From Callorhinchus milii (Eukaryota), in NCBI RefSeq assembly GCF_018977255.1, contig NW_024704745.1, forward strand, positions 69,378,001-69,442,000: a DNA stretch of 64,000 bases, read 5' to 3'. Positions 11,896 to 24,915 of this stretch are shown here, one piece after another; positions within the stretch are counted from its first letter, which is position 1, and every line of letters begins with the position of its first letter. Position numbers and translations under genes: made by a program. The notes beneath the pieces are model-generated. The model saw only the letters and a program-made list of their open reading frames with translations. It was not told where the DNA came from and did not search any database.

Positions 11896-13435
11896 CTTTG
11901 TCACTTTGTGAGCTTCTACAAGTCAAGAAAAAACAAGTGCACCAAAACAACACAAAGAACTGAAAATCTCATACTCCTCAGGAATATGAGCACCAAAGTA
12001 GTATAAAGTAGAATAAGAGTATGAGCGTTAATTCTACCTCACAAAGCACTCTACATGCTATCCCAAGGCTCTGCCCAAAAAGAGCACAAATCGCAGCGGC
12101 CAAAACAAAACTGCACAAATACTCCAGGAAATCACAACACCAAACCGCTACAGACAATGTCAATACAAAATCCATCAGTTCCACCCCATCAGTGGGAGAA
12201 ACGAGTCTGTCTCCTCACTGTACAAAAGAGTGGAATTCAGAGTTGCAGTGTAGTGAGGTAGAGATGGGGTTTAGGTGTTGCGGAAAGCACTATCACAGAC
12301 CTGGCAGTCGGGAGAAGCAGGGAGGTGTGCCCCACAGTTTGAGAACCTCTGGCCCAGGTTATGTGAGTTTAACATCCTGACAGAATCAGTTTGTATATGC
12401 AGATCTCCTCTACTTGCCTTTAAGTAAAACTTTGTTAGGATCCTTACGTTACATTAAATAAATTTTACTCTGGCGTATCATTATAACCAATTACTGTATC
12501 TACTAGTTTTAGTCAATGAGTGCGAGAAATTCCACCTGGGGTTTAATTAATTTAACATATCAGAACATCCAGGATCCTTGAATATAGCTTTAAAAATAAC
12601 AAAAAATTGCATTTATACAGCTCCTTTTATGTTGGAAGGACATTCCAAGGCACTGAAATTTTGAGGAAGCCTTCTGTAAGTTCTTTTATGAGCTACAGAA
12701 AAACAACTTAAAAGTTTAGACTAAATTCAATAATTTGCCAAAATCTGGGCGTTCTAAAATATAATGGTAAAAGAGTGAAACCTCTTAAACGGAAAAGAAT
12801 ACTGCCGAGCTGACACACTGAACAAAGTTTTACATTCAAGATAATCCTACTTGCCTTGTTTTTTGAGTGAGTCATGGAGTGAATATAAATATTTTTCTTT
12901 GTGGTTCATTCATCAATTAATTCGCCAAATGGAATTTGTACAAGAAGAATTGTGATTTTAGTCTTGTACTACAGCCCATAAGAGTGGTAGTGTTATGGTA
13001 AAATAAATGTGTATGAAAAATTTATTGCAGTAAGTAGGTTATAGTGTTTGTACATTGTGAGGCAAATTTTATACTTCAGGGTAATGTGTTTAAATTTAAG
13101 ATGTAAATTCCTGTTCACTATCTTCTTGGTGAATTTTCCAACCAGGAGAAGGCAGAGTTGAAATAGGTGCTCCTAGAAGAAGTACGCACTTCCTACATGT
13201 TCTGATGCCTGGAAATTTCCATGTGTAGGTGGGACTCATGGATTTCTCAGCCAGTTTGTCAATGATGGGGCAGATAGGGTGGACGACATGAAGCAGGTAA
13301 GTGCTTGCTTAGTAGGGTTGAAGCAGATCATAGAGGTAGGGTGGGGGGAGTGCCGAGACTTCCAAAAGTCATTTGAAAATAATTCCTGATTCTGTCTTAG
13401 TGAGTACGTGATCCTCTTAGATCTTTCAACTATAA

Positions 13436-13750
13436 TCCTGTAGCTCAGTGGTTATAGCACTCGCTTTGCAAGCGAGAGACCTGAGTTCAATTCCAGGCAC
13501 AGGGCGAAACCTTGGGCAAGTTTCCTTACTCCACACAGAGCCTAATAATAATCCCTCCAAAAACCCAAAACAATAATAAATTGGTCATTTTCAATCTACG
13601 ACTGTCTGTGGGACATTGCTGTGCGCAATTGGCTGCCGCGTTCGCCCACAAATATACAGTCAATTCACTTTACAGTGTGTTCTGTGAAGCGCTTTGGGAC
13701 GTCCTCCCGACATGAAAAGCGCTATATCAAATGCAAGGATTATTATTATT
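13436..13750 (+). mobile_element. tRNA-derived SINE, youngest subfamily
   Basis: Carries the diagnostic CACACAGAGCCTAATAATAATCCCTCC; apparent TSD TATAATC. Confidence 0.93.
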
Positions 13751-14025
13751 ATAATCGAGTGCTCCACTCACAAAGCAACCAGACCATCAGCATTATACTC
13801 CCTCAGCATAAATACTGAGGAGTTTACATTCACACAGTTTTAGTTGCTCAAGCTATTTAATAATGACCACCACTGAGCTATCCAAGGCACTGTTCAGACA
13901 GACCAGGAGACTCGCTCATCAGCAGCTGGACGAACAGACTAGTCACTGGGGGCAGGGATTTTAAACACTATATGCCGAACAGGTAAGGCGGTCCAAACTG
14001 GCCAAGCAGCAGGAAGCTTACAAGA

Positions 14026-14343
14026 AATAATAATAATCCTTGCATTTGGTATAGTGCTTTTCACGTCGGGAGGACGTCCCAAAGCGCTTCACAGAAGACA
14101 CTGTAAAGTGAATTGACTGTATATTTGTGGGCGAACGCGGCAGCCAATTGCGCACAGCAATGTCCCACAAACAGTTGTAGATTGAAAATGACCAATTTAT
14201 TATTGTTTTTGTTTTTGGAGGGATTATTATTAGGCTCTGTGTGGAGTAAGGAAACTTGCCCAAGGTTTCGCCCTCTGCCTGGAATTGAACTCAGGTCTCT
14301 CACTTGCAAAGCGAGTGCTCTAACCGTTGAGTTACAAGACTCC
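14026..14343 (-). mobile_element. tRNA-derived SINE, youngest subfamily
   Basis: Same diagnostic block; nearly identical to 49101-49429; apparent TSD AAATA. Confidence 0.93.
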
Positions 14344-14786
14344 AAATAGTCCGAGAGCATCATTCACTCACTGAGGCAGAATAAGGCCATAATTTCAAAT
14401 GCCGTTTGGAAGTTTAGGCACTCGCCCCACCCTACATCTGCGACTTTCTTCAACCCTACTGAGCAAGCACTAGCTTACTTCATGTCCCCCACTCTGTCCG
14501 CCCCACCATTAGCGTTCTAGCTTTCAGCCATTCTGCACCCGCTCTCTGGAACTCTATCCCAGAGTCTATCCAACTCATTCCCTTCCTCATTTGAAAAGAG
14601 AAAGAAGTTTCTCCTGATGTCCTGGCCAACAGTTCTCCAGGTAAAATTCAGTCATTCATTTCTTGGCCGTTAATTCCACATTGAGCCCAGATGCCCAGCC
14701 AACATTGTTAAGCTCTTTTTGAGACATCCTCCTGACGTGAATAAATGTAAATTGTATTGTTGGTGAGGTTTGTAAGTACTCTAATT

Positions 14787-15430
14787 GTGGAGTCCTGTAG
14801 CATATTGGTTAGAGCACTTGCCTAGCAAGCGAGAGGACCTGGGTTTGAGTCCTGGGGATGGCGAAACATTGGGCAAGTTTTGCTACTCCACACACCACTA
14901 TTTACCCAGCAGTAAGTAAGAACCTGGTTGTTAGTCGACTGGTGGATTGTTTTTTCGAGGTAATAATTCCTTCAAAAAAAAATTGGTCACTCAATCCCCG
15001 AGTGTGTGGGAGTGTTTGTGGGACACTGATGTGCGCAATTGGCTGCTGTGTTTCGCCCACAAAATATACAGTCAATTCACTTTACAGTATATTTTGTGAA
15101 GCGTTTTGAGATGTCTCAAAGATATGATAAGGCACTGTATCAAATGCAAGGATTATTATTATTATATTTACACATATCTCAAAAGAAACTATTCCAATGC
15201 CAGAAAGAAAAATGAAACTCATTATTTATCCTGTTACAATAATAATAACCTTGCATTTTATATAGCGCCTTATCACATCTTCGAGATGTCTCAAAGCATT
15301 TCACAGAATATACTATAAAGAGTTACTATATATTTTATTATTATTTGTGGGTGAAACGCAGCAGCCAATTGGGCACAACAGTGTCCCACAAACAGTCATG
15401 GATTGAGTGACCAAGGATTATTATTATTTA
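14787..15430. mobile_element. Long-subfamily SINE (+, 14787-15166) followed by inverted partial SINE (-, 15238-15412)
   Basis: Family head, core and tail motifs occur in tail-to-tail orientation. Confidence 0.85.
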
Positions 15431-15687
15431 TATCTTATCTCTAACAAATAAATATACATTTGTTTAAATTTTTTGTTGACTGTACCAGTAAAATGATATC
15501 CGTCACTGACTGAAAGAAACTGAACAATTGAAGGCTTATGCCCTATTAAGATGTATTAATAGGATCAGGTTGTTAGGCCCTGATGAGGGTTTTAATAACA
15601 AGGGAGGTTTGTGACCTGAAAGAGGATGCGATTCAAGTTCACATGAGACATGATGCCTATCATTCCATCCAGACTCTGTTTGTAAGA

Positions 15688-16080
15688 CCATCTTACCTCT
15701 CCGACCTACTATCCCTCTACCTACCTGCCCGTACCCTCCGTTCCTCTGGCTCCAGTCTGCTCCACATCCCCCGCCCCAACCGGCCTACCATCGGTGGCCG
15801 GGCCTTCAGCCTCTCAGCCCCTAGGCTCTGGAACTCTATCCCCCAGAGCCTTCGCCGCCTTCTCCCTTTCCTCCTTCAAGGCCGGTCTCAAGACCTTTCT
15901 CTTTGACTGTGCCTTCAGCTCTCCTCTCGACTCTCTACCCCCTCCTCGCTCCCTCCCTTCCCTACACTCACCCTGACCATTTCCCCCTCGCTCGGGTCCT
16001 GACCCAACTGTCCAGCGCCTTGGGACGTCCTCCCGTTGTGAAAGGCGCTCTATAAATGGAATCTTGTTGTTGTTGTTGTT
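15688..16080 (+). mobile_element. Young L2 LINE 3' fragment
   Basis: Translates PSYLSDLLSLYLPARTLRSSGSSLLHIPRPNRPTIGGRAFSLSAPRLWNSIP...FKAGLKTFLF, followed by the tail and (TTG)n. Confidence 0.92.
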
Positions 16081-16453
16081 ATATCAAAATTTTAAATCTC
16101 ACAGAATTTGTGAAAAATTCATAAATTCAGTATCAAGCTGGTTTTCAGCACTTCTTAAGAAGAACTAGCTTCCAAAGTAAAACTGATTTGTAGATTTTTC
16201 CAATATTCCATGTGATCTTAACATTTTATGGCTTTAATTTTAAAATTTTAAATATGGCGTTGCGGGCTAAAAGTAGATGGAATTACATGAACAGTGAACA
16301 CGCATTAATTTAAAGAGTTACTTGAAAGCCTTTGAATATCATAACAACTGGTGGTAGCAAATCGGAGCGAGAATAATGTACATTCTCTCTCTCCCCAAAT
16401 TCTTTTGCAAGGGCTATATGAAGGACTCAGTCCCCAGCACAGTATATTACAGA

Positions 16454-16823
16454 TGGAATTCTGTAGCTTAGTAGTCAGAGCACTCGTCTCGCAAGCGAGA
16501 GACCTGACAATTCCCAGCAGGGCAAGTTTCTTCACTCCACATGCCTGCTTACCTAGCAGTCAGTAGGAACCCAGCTATTAGTCAATTGGCAGATCGCTTT
16601 TCCGGGGGTAATAATTCCTTCAAAATAATAAATAATAATTCCTTCAAAATAATAAATAGTAAATTCAATCCACGACTGTTTGTTAGACATTGCTGTGCGT
16701 AATTGGCTGCCGTGTTTCGCCCACAAAATATACAGTCAATTTATTTTACAGTGTATTCTGTGAAGCGCTTTGAGATGTGTCGAGGACATGATGAGGCATG
16801 ATATCAAATGCAAGGATTATTAT
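16454..16823 (+). mobile_element. tRNA-derived SINE, long subfamily, with internal 24-bp tandem duplication
   Basis: Family motifs; TAATAATTCCTTCAAAATAATAAA occurs twice near 16609-16657. Confidence 0.88.
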
Positions 16824-19010
16824 ATACTTCATGCTATAAATCATGAATAAAATATGTCCAATTTAATACTGCAACTACATATTGTAATAGGTTTATAAAT
16901 GTTGCTTGGTGAATGGACAAACTTCCCAAAACAAATAAGTCATCATCACTTAAACTCCTGCCAATGTCGTATTCAATTGCCATGAATTGTGTGATTTTTT
17001 TTTGCTCCAATGGGTACTTTTGAATTTTAAAATAAAATTAAATTCCTTTTAGTTGCTGTGTCCTTTATTAAGTGTGTTCTGCCAACTCTGTGTCTTTTGG
17101 TAATGTAAAGGTATTCGTAGAGTTTTAGAGGTACTCAGGACTGTTTTTAATCAGTGTTGTTAATGTCTGCCACTGTTTTTAATGTATTGCATATGGAGGA
17201 TTTTTCTTGATGATCAAAGCTGGGAATTTGATCATTTTTTTTCTTTCAATGTCAAACTTGATGCACAGATACTATCATGTAGATGAGTCATGATTTTTGC
17301 TAACTGCATGTATAATAGAGTACTGTTTATGTAGAGATATAACAACATTTTATTTGTATTGATTAAATTATTATGCCAAATTCACACAGTAAAGTCTTCA
17401 ACTTCAGCTTCCCATAATATGTACTAAAGAGTCTTATTACAGATACACTTAGTCTGTCAGATTGTCTCAGTTGATAGCATTCTTGTAATCCTGGCAGTTA
17501 GGTGAAAGTTAGTAGTGAAACTGGTCTTAGTTTCCAGAGCTTGTTGGATTGTTAGTTGTGATATCCTCTTCTTCAAGAGGAAGCAACTTGAATCAGAAGA
17601 CAATGCAAGTTGGGGTAACATAATAGCATGTTTCGACAACAACAACAAATTGCATTTTGTGTTTTACGTCAGCAGAACAGTCAAGGACTTAGCAAAGAGC
17701 CGTAGGTTGGGATCAGAAAGGGTGGAGGGCAGGGAGGGTAGATGTAGGGGGCGTGAATAAAATCACGGTCAAAGAGGAGGGACTTGAAGGAGGGTTTCAT
17801 GTTGGGAGGAGGCCCCAAGGCGGCTCATCATCCGGATGTGAAAGGGGCTATATAAATGCAATTTGTTGTTGTTATTGGTGGTGATGGTTTTCCTCATGTG
17901 TCTTCCTGAACCAGTATCATCACTAACCCTCTGAGCCCCTTTTTGTCCTATTCACAAACATAGATCAACAACCAGTAGTGTTTCCCTGACAATATGTTGC
18001 TTTTTTAAACATGAGTTATGTAACCAAATTATTCCTGGCATTACATGTTATTTGACCTTTAACTTAGCAACCCGATATATGACCTTATTGGTCTTCATCA
18101 CCCCACCTGTCCCTCAGCATGAGTCTGATTGTCATCATCATCATCATTACTTTACTCTCAGCTGAAGGAGGCCCACTTTCCTTGTAAAACAATACATTTT
18201 GAGGATGCATAGGGCACTCCAAGGTATGTATTCAGCATATTACAGTGTCTGTCCATTTTCTCATTGTGCATTTTCTTGTTACAAAAGAAGTATTAAGGGA
18301 AGATCTAATGGAAGTTTTCAAAAATATGAATGGTTTTGCTACGGTAAGTAAAGAGACTTTTCACTTACCAGTGAGTTAGTAACCAGAGGGCATAAATGTA
18401 TGAATGGTCCCAGAAAATATATGAGGTTTATTTTTTTAAATAGAGGTTGATTCCTTACCATTTATTGCCCGAACAAGCACTGAAATGTTGGGATTTAAGC
18501 AGCAACTGGCTTTGAATAAACAAAGCCTTCAGCCTTCAAGCACTCTGGGATGCTACTCTGCATGAGAGGCATTATATAAATGCAAGTTGTTGTTTTGATT
18601 GTTATTCACTGGGATATCTCAAGAACTAGAATATCCCATGATGTGATAATTACTGCATTGTTTATCTGATTTTTGTGCATTAGTTTGAAATTGATTTCCG
18701 TGTTATTTTGCAGTCTGTCATTTCTATGACAACCTAAAATAAAAGGTTGGTTTTACGGTTTTACAAAACCAACCAAAATTCAACAGAATTGTCAAATACC
18801 AATTCCATGTAAATATGTTCGAAGAAATCATCATGCCCAATTGCAGAATTCACTGGAACAGATAGGCAACGAGACCCTCTAGTATTTGTACATGGGTCTG
18901 CAATTGTTTGTCTGCCACTATTCGATGCAGGGATATACTGTGTGGGAATCGTAATGGTACATTTCTTCAATTATCTTCTAAATATGTTCAGAAAAATCAT
19001 TATGTCCAAT

Positions 19011-19316
19011 GTGAGTCCTGTAGCTCAGTGGTTAGAGCACTTACCTTGCAAGAGAGAGACCTGGTTCAATTCCCAGCAGGGCGAAACCTTGGGCAAGTTT
19101 CCTTACTCCATACATCTGATAATAATCCCTCAAGAAAAATAAATCAATAAATAAAATTGGTCACTTCAATCCATGACTGTTTGTGCGCAATTGGCTGCTG
19201 TGTTTCACCCACAAATATACAGTCAATTCACTTTATAGTATATTCTGTGAAGCGCTTTGAGACATCTAGAAGATGTGAACAGCGCTATATCAAATGGGAG
19301 GATTATTATTATTATT
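19011..19316 (+). mobile_element. tRNA-derived SINE (short core, old-type tail)
   Basis: A/B boxes, no long central block, tail GAGACATCTAGAAGATGTG. Confidence 0.9.
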
Positions 19317-20061
19317 AAATATAATATTTCACAGTAAAATATCTAGCGCCTAAAATGTTCTCTGTGTGTACCATTTAAATAAGCTAAATTGATCATTTTC
19401 TCTCATTTTGCTACAAAATATAAGATGCATAGAGTTCAGGAAATAACCCTAAATGGATTTAACATTGTCTTAGAGTATAACTGCTAACGTCCAAATGGAG
19501 GAGCAATGTTGACATTGGATGTGTCTTTGAACACCTTCTATATGCTTTGACAACTGATTGCATATATATTGATTCCACAGTAATTTTCAGAACTTATCAA
19601 CACAGATAACATTCAAAAGGAGAACAGTTGTTGGAAGCAAGATTAAAGCAACTTTGTAAGGTTCAAGTGATGAAGGTAACCACTCGTCTCAAATGCCAAA
19701 ACTTAAGAAAATTTTCAGTATGTGAAGACACTTGCAAGAATCACTATTTTTAAGGCAAATGTTAATTCTCAATGTCTGCTTGTTGGGTATTATGGAACCC
19801 TTACAGCAATGATACCATTTCACATTTTTCACAGTTTCAGTACAGTAGCAGACCTCTCTGATGCCATATAAATGTACTGTATGTGGAATCTGAAAGTGTG
19901 CGTATGGGGGGATGGGAGGTGGGAGGGAAGTAGGATAAGATCTAATTATAGTCTGTTGTACCAAAACAATTTTATTATTGATATTTGTAATTTCTTTTAA
20001 AGATGTTGAGGATCATTTGGCGGTGTGAGTATAGGTGTTTTTACTTTATTTTAGGAAAGCA

Positions 20062-20405
20062 ATAACAACTTGCATTTATATAGCGCCGTCACACAGGAGA
20101 GCATAATGGAGCACTGCACAGTAATAGGGTTGGACACCGAGAAAGGGAGAAGTGGGAAGGGGAGGTGACCATAGGTGCAGTCGAAGAGATGACTTAATAA
20201 GGTGAAATTTAAAGATAGTCAAAGGGACGATGAGAGATTGCGGAGGGAGTTCCAGAGGTTAGGGCCCTAGAGGCTGAAGAACCAGATCCTAAATTCCATG
20301 GCATTGTGTATCCAAGTCTTGCTTTCCAAAAGGACCATCCCTCTTTGGGACGTGCTCCCGACATGAAAGGCGCTCTATAAATGTAATTTTGTTGTTATTG
20401 TTGTT
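20062..20405. mobile_element. Old L2-like fragments (minus 20062-20285, plus tail 20340-20405)
   Basis: AACAACTTGCATTTATATAGCGCC tail and GGAGTTCCAGAG...GGCTGAAG block. Confidence 0.65.
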
Positions 20406-23400
20406 TAATGCTTTTTTAATGAGGTGCCTTGAAGTGATAGGTACACACAGGATTCTCCAGTTGGACGGGGAAGCTCTTCCTTGCTGTTGTCTCTCAAAGA
20501 ACCAACCCACTTGAAATGACATGCTTCCCTACCAAAATAGTAGGAAAAACTATGTTTACGCTTACAGGACAACATTGACAGAAGCACAGAAACAGTTCCC
20601 CTGCCTAGACTGAGTCACAAAATGGTTTATGGTACATTGGAAAAAAATAATTGAAAAGGAGTAACAAATAAAAATATATGATTACAATGCAATGGGAATA
20701 ATAGTGGACTGATGGCGGTTTGGGCCATTGCCAATTATTATTAGTTTGTCTCGTGATACAATTACTGTATGTTGTACAGCATTGTTCGTACTTAAGACGC
20801 GTTTGTTGTTTGTTATTTGTATCCCACTAGTGGAAACTTATAATCCTTGTTTGGGTTTACTACTTGGTTAGGAGCACCAGAGCAACGTTAACTGCAAAGC
20901 TACTCGTAATGGGGGCTCTGAACAACTTCAAGGACAACTTAACAGTCACAAACCGAATAGTATCAACCCCGAAGATTAATGTTTAAAAGTCCTTTAGTTG
21001 CAAAGACATCTTACCAACCTACATCAACTGGTGCTTTTCTTTTACCAATGTGCTTGCATTTGTCACCAAATTTAAGCATGTGCCGGTTTAAACTTATATA
21101 TATATATAAACTTGTATAACCACTGTATAAACTTGCCCCAGTCTTTCTCTCAGACTGTAACCACATCTCACAGAGCAATACTCAAAATCTCCAGTAGAGC
21201 TCATCACATTGAATGCGTTATTGCATGTTTGCTGCATCATATCCAACCTCTGCCTAAATAGACCCAGGTCGATCCCGTATAACCCATAAACACACTGTAC
21301 ATAAAGGAGCTGCATTATAAACTAGAGATGTGCTGTTAAACGAGTACTGAGGCAGCTCATGTGATATCCAGAGTCACTTAGAGAAGAGACTAATACCGTT
21401 TAAAGAGGTGTCGGCGCATTTGTGCGCTCACGCACTGAATAATGTTCTTTCTGTGGGGGGAATATCTACTGAAAGGTAAAGGAGACGGTTTTAACATTCC
21501 TGTTGATAGTTAACAGGGTGAATAAGTTACTGCGAAAGAGATGGGAAGAACGTTTAATGTGATAAAGGAGGGTTCCCCCTGCAAGTGGATATCACTAATA
21601 ACTAGACTCACTGAACCTCGCAAAGTGCATTAGAGTTCATTACTCCAGGTAGGTTTTTCTAACGCAATTTTAAGCACAGCTGCACAAGACTTCCAACACT
21701 TCGTGGAATTATAATAAGATCTCTAGTATTCAGTCTCTTGTAAACTCGGTTAACCACAACCACATCAGCGTACTTTAAATAATTAATATTAATTCATAAA
21801 TTAATATTCGTGAAATAATATTAATACAGCCTTGACGTAATCTAAATAAACGTTGGCGGACATCTATCTAGAAACAACGCAGGTACGCTTTTACTATTGA
21901 AAATATGTTTTACTTTAAAAATAACCTTTTTGTGTCAGCGACGTGACCAATAGATATACGGAAACCCATCACTGTTCTTAAATGATATCAATAGGTAATG
22001 TTGAACCTTTTTAGTGCTTACCTTATCGCTACTGTAATATCAAATGACTTTACAACTTAAGAGGTATGGTTTGTTTTTATTTCATTACAAACTGGTGATA
22101 TAATATGTTAAGAATAAATAAAAACGTTATTGAAATTAAACGAAGGCAGGTACAGGACACAGCTCCAGCGAATACACTCTGCATATATTTCGGATACATT
22201 TGAACCAGTGTTTCAATCGCTCTGGTTTCTGATTCTCTTAGTTTAACACCACGAGGAATAAAATTCAACAGAAAACATTAAGTTTTTTTTAAAAATGCAC
22301 CTTTTACTAAACATTAATAATTTGATCATTTATTTATTGCAACCTCAACGATACGAATCCCGGGGCTTAAATTCAATTTAATTTCAGCTACGGGTGAATA
22401 AAATGAATCAGTCGAAGTATAACATTGTACAGCATTGCATTGACAGAACGATTTCCTGAACTATAAGCCTCCGTCTGCAATCACTGTAAATGAAAAACTG
22501 TGAATGAACTACAATAACAAACTCTAATGGGATTTTCAGCAGGAATTTCCTCTGAATCAAGCAGCAATCCAATGTGTTACTTATATAATCACTTTCTGTG
22601 AGAGCGGGGTGATCTATAAAACCATTTCAAACTTTGTGTGGACTATATAACACTGACAGTATTACTAAACATTGTTGTTATTTTATATGTGGTGACTACA
22701 AATGCCCAGCACCCTTCAGATACCATTGTTTGCATGCACGTTAAGATGTGTTATTCTTGCAACCTTTTTTTTGTCTAATGGTTCTAAAATGGAAAAAAAT
22801 GTTTTATTATTACTTAATCAAATCATGCGGAGGACGCTCGATCCAAAAGCACCAGTATTTACTGGCAATGTGTGACAGAGTTCTCTTTGTGTTTGCTTAT
22901 CCTCTGCTGTCACACACTTTAATTCGCTCTTCTTTGTCATTCACTACTTTCTACAAAGAGCCTCAATAAGGTTCAGCGTCTGAAAAACCTGTTTATTTTT
23001 ATATACTATTTCAATGTACCCCAGGGACTTTTAACGTGACATTTAGCCACTTATTAATGGACAGGGTGAGATGAACCACATGAACTTAACGTGCAATCGA
23101 TATCACAGTGCGATTAAAACTTTTTTTGAAAAAAAATATTTCTTCGATGTGCATGAATAGACCGAAGGGATGGGCTTGAGCTGAGAAACATTACAAAGCT
23201 TAACAATTTCTGGGAAAGCTTTAACACTCCCGTGTGCAAGGTGTATTATAGTCATACTATATGCACACATAGACAACTCTAACAGTTGTCAAATGGGGAC
23301 TTTGAGGAATCAAAATAGCCCAAAATACCAACCTGTAAATCTTAAAGTAAAATGAGCACCCTCATTTAACAGCAGAATATTGGGTTGCATATTTGTATTG

Positions 23401-24253
23401 TCATATGAAATGTTTTCATTAATAAAACGTTGCTTATTGATTCAATACCGCAATTGGAATTACAGATCACGCAACTGCCCATTCATTTAGATTAAAATAA
23501 TGCCCTTATATAAACCAGTCAGGATAATGCACAGCCAAATAATATTACTTGCGGTATACGAATATGGATAAATAGTGTTGTTTAATACGACACCTGCACT
23601 AGCACAGAATAGTGTGTATCGATCGCCGCAATGCCTCATTTGTTTGTAGCCTTTGCGGTCAGATTACAAATATCTGCACATTGTTCAGAATACTTTAGTT
23701 GACAGAGGGGAAGATTTGCGGTGAAACAGAAATTGGAATCGCATCAGAAATGGGACGATATTGCAACAGTATTCGCTTCTGATGTCCGAGACGAGGTCTC
23801 TCTCACAGTTCACGAGTGTTTGCAGAGTCGGTGGATATTCCAGTTGTTTCCCTGAGGGCATTACTTGATGGTTGTATAAAAAAACGCCCCTCTGAGAGTT
23901 TCATTATCTCTATAGTTGGACTCTCTTTCTTCTCCCACACTCTTACTCTGCAGCTGGGTGTTTGTTTACCTCTTGAGTCTGTGAAGGGTCTGGATTCAGT
24001 GTCAGTAAATACCGTTTATTTTACCCTTTGTTCGCCGATCAGTGAGAGCAGGTTTTTGGCTCTGTTTCTGCAGAAAGAATGAAAGACTGAGTGAGTGAGG
24101 AAGTGTGTGATAAACCATCGCAGGACGAGTTAAGGTGAACTAATAGCTAATATATTGTCACAAAGTAAGTTTCAGAGAAACAAGGGGGAACTTGATATAT
24201 TTTTACAGGAGTAAGAGAAATCAAAAATCTAATAGATTCATACAGTACAGGAC

Positions 24254-24543
24254 GGGGGGGTGGTAGTGGGGGGGGGGGGGGGAGGGGGGGGGGGACAGAA
24301 CGATATATGAATTAAAATCCGAGAGAAATTCTGAGCAATAAATAACACGAGGAGAGAAATAAAATGTGATTAAATGGGGGAAAGGGAGAAGCGAACGGGC
24401 ATAAAGACTGATGAGGCAAAGAAAAGAGGAGAGCGAATGGAATGATGGAGAGAGCAGGGCGAATAAAGAGATAAAGGAGATGTACAGACATTGGGGTGAG
24501 ACTGGATGGATAATGGGACACTAAAAGCTCCAAAGAGAAAAGC

Positions 24544-24576
<33 letters not shown>

Positions 24577-24606
24577 GGGGGGGGGGGTGGGGGGGGGGGG
24601 GGGGGG
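24254..24606 (+). repeat. Polypurine tract with G-runs and (GA)n upstream of Gsx1
   Basis: G-runs at 24254-24294 and 24566-24606, (GA)n at 24544-24565. Confidence 0.9.
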
Positions 24607-24780
24607 ATGAAGGCAAAGCAAAGAGCGTTGTTTAGCGTGTGGGTGGGGTTGAGAAGAATAAGGGAACATTATGCAGTTCATTTAGTTAACAAGTGAAATA
24701 AAAGGGAAGCGTGCAGAGTGAATCCAAACCGAGAGAGCCACAAAAAGCCCATTGAGAGCACTGTGCCGCCAGTGGCGTAA

Positions 24781-24820
24781 CCATCACATGGCAGCCCCAG
24801 CCCCAAAGTATTTAAGGAGC
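24781..24820 (+). promoter_or_regulatory. Putative Gsx1 core promoter (E-box CACATG and TATA-like TATTTAA)
   Basis: CACATG at 24785-24790 and TATTTAAG at 24809-24816, about 100 bp upstream of the ATG. Position-based inference. Confidence 0.5.
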
Positions 24821-24915
24821 CAGTCCAGCAGCTTCAGCACCACAGATACCTCCAACAACTTGGCTTCCCGGCGACTTTTCGTCCTCCTGCAACCGCGCCG
24901 GACACTTCATCCAAA

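Larger units (their letters stand above)
13261..14510. repeat. Compound inverted repeat (old 160-bp arms plus mirror-placed young SINEs, about 270-bp spacer)
   Basis: 13261-13420 versus the reverse complement of 14351-14510 gives 125/160 ungapped matches by manual count. SINEs lie at 13436-13750 (+) and 14026-14343 (-). Confidence 0.9.

Noticed and set aside
13512-14363. Recurring ORFs such as MGKFPYSTQSLIIIPPK... (also at 10767, 18942 and 49151)
   Set aside because: Chance reading frames within repeated SINE sequence, not a gene family.
15583-15976. ORFs with PARTLRSS...GGRAFS...APRLWNS (also 6362, 54365, 59802, 63395)
   Set aside because: 5'-truncated L2 ORF2 C-terminal remnants; no intact reverse transcriptase or endonuclease lies in the window.
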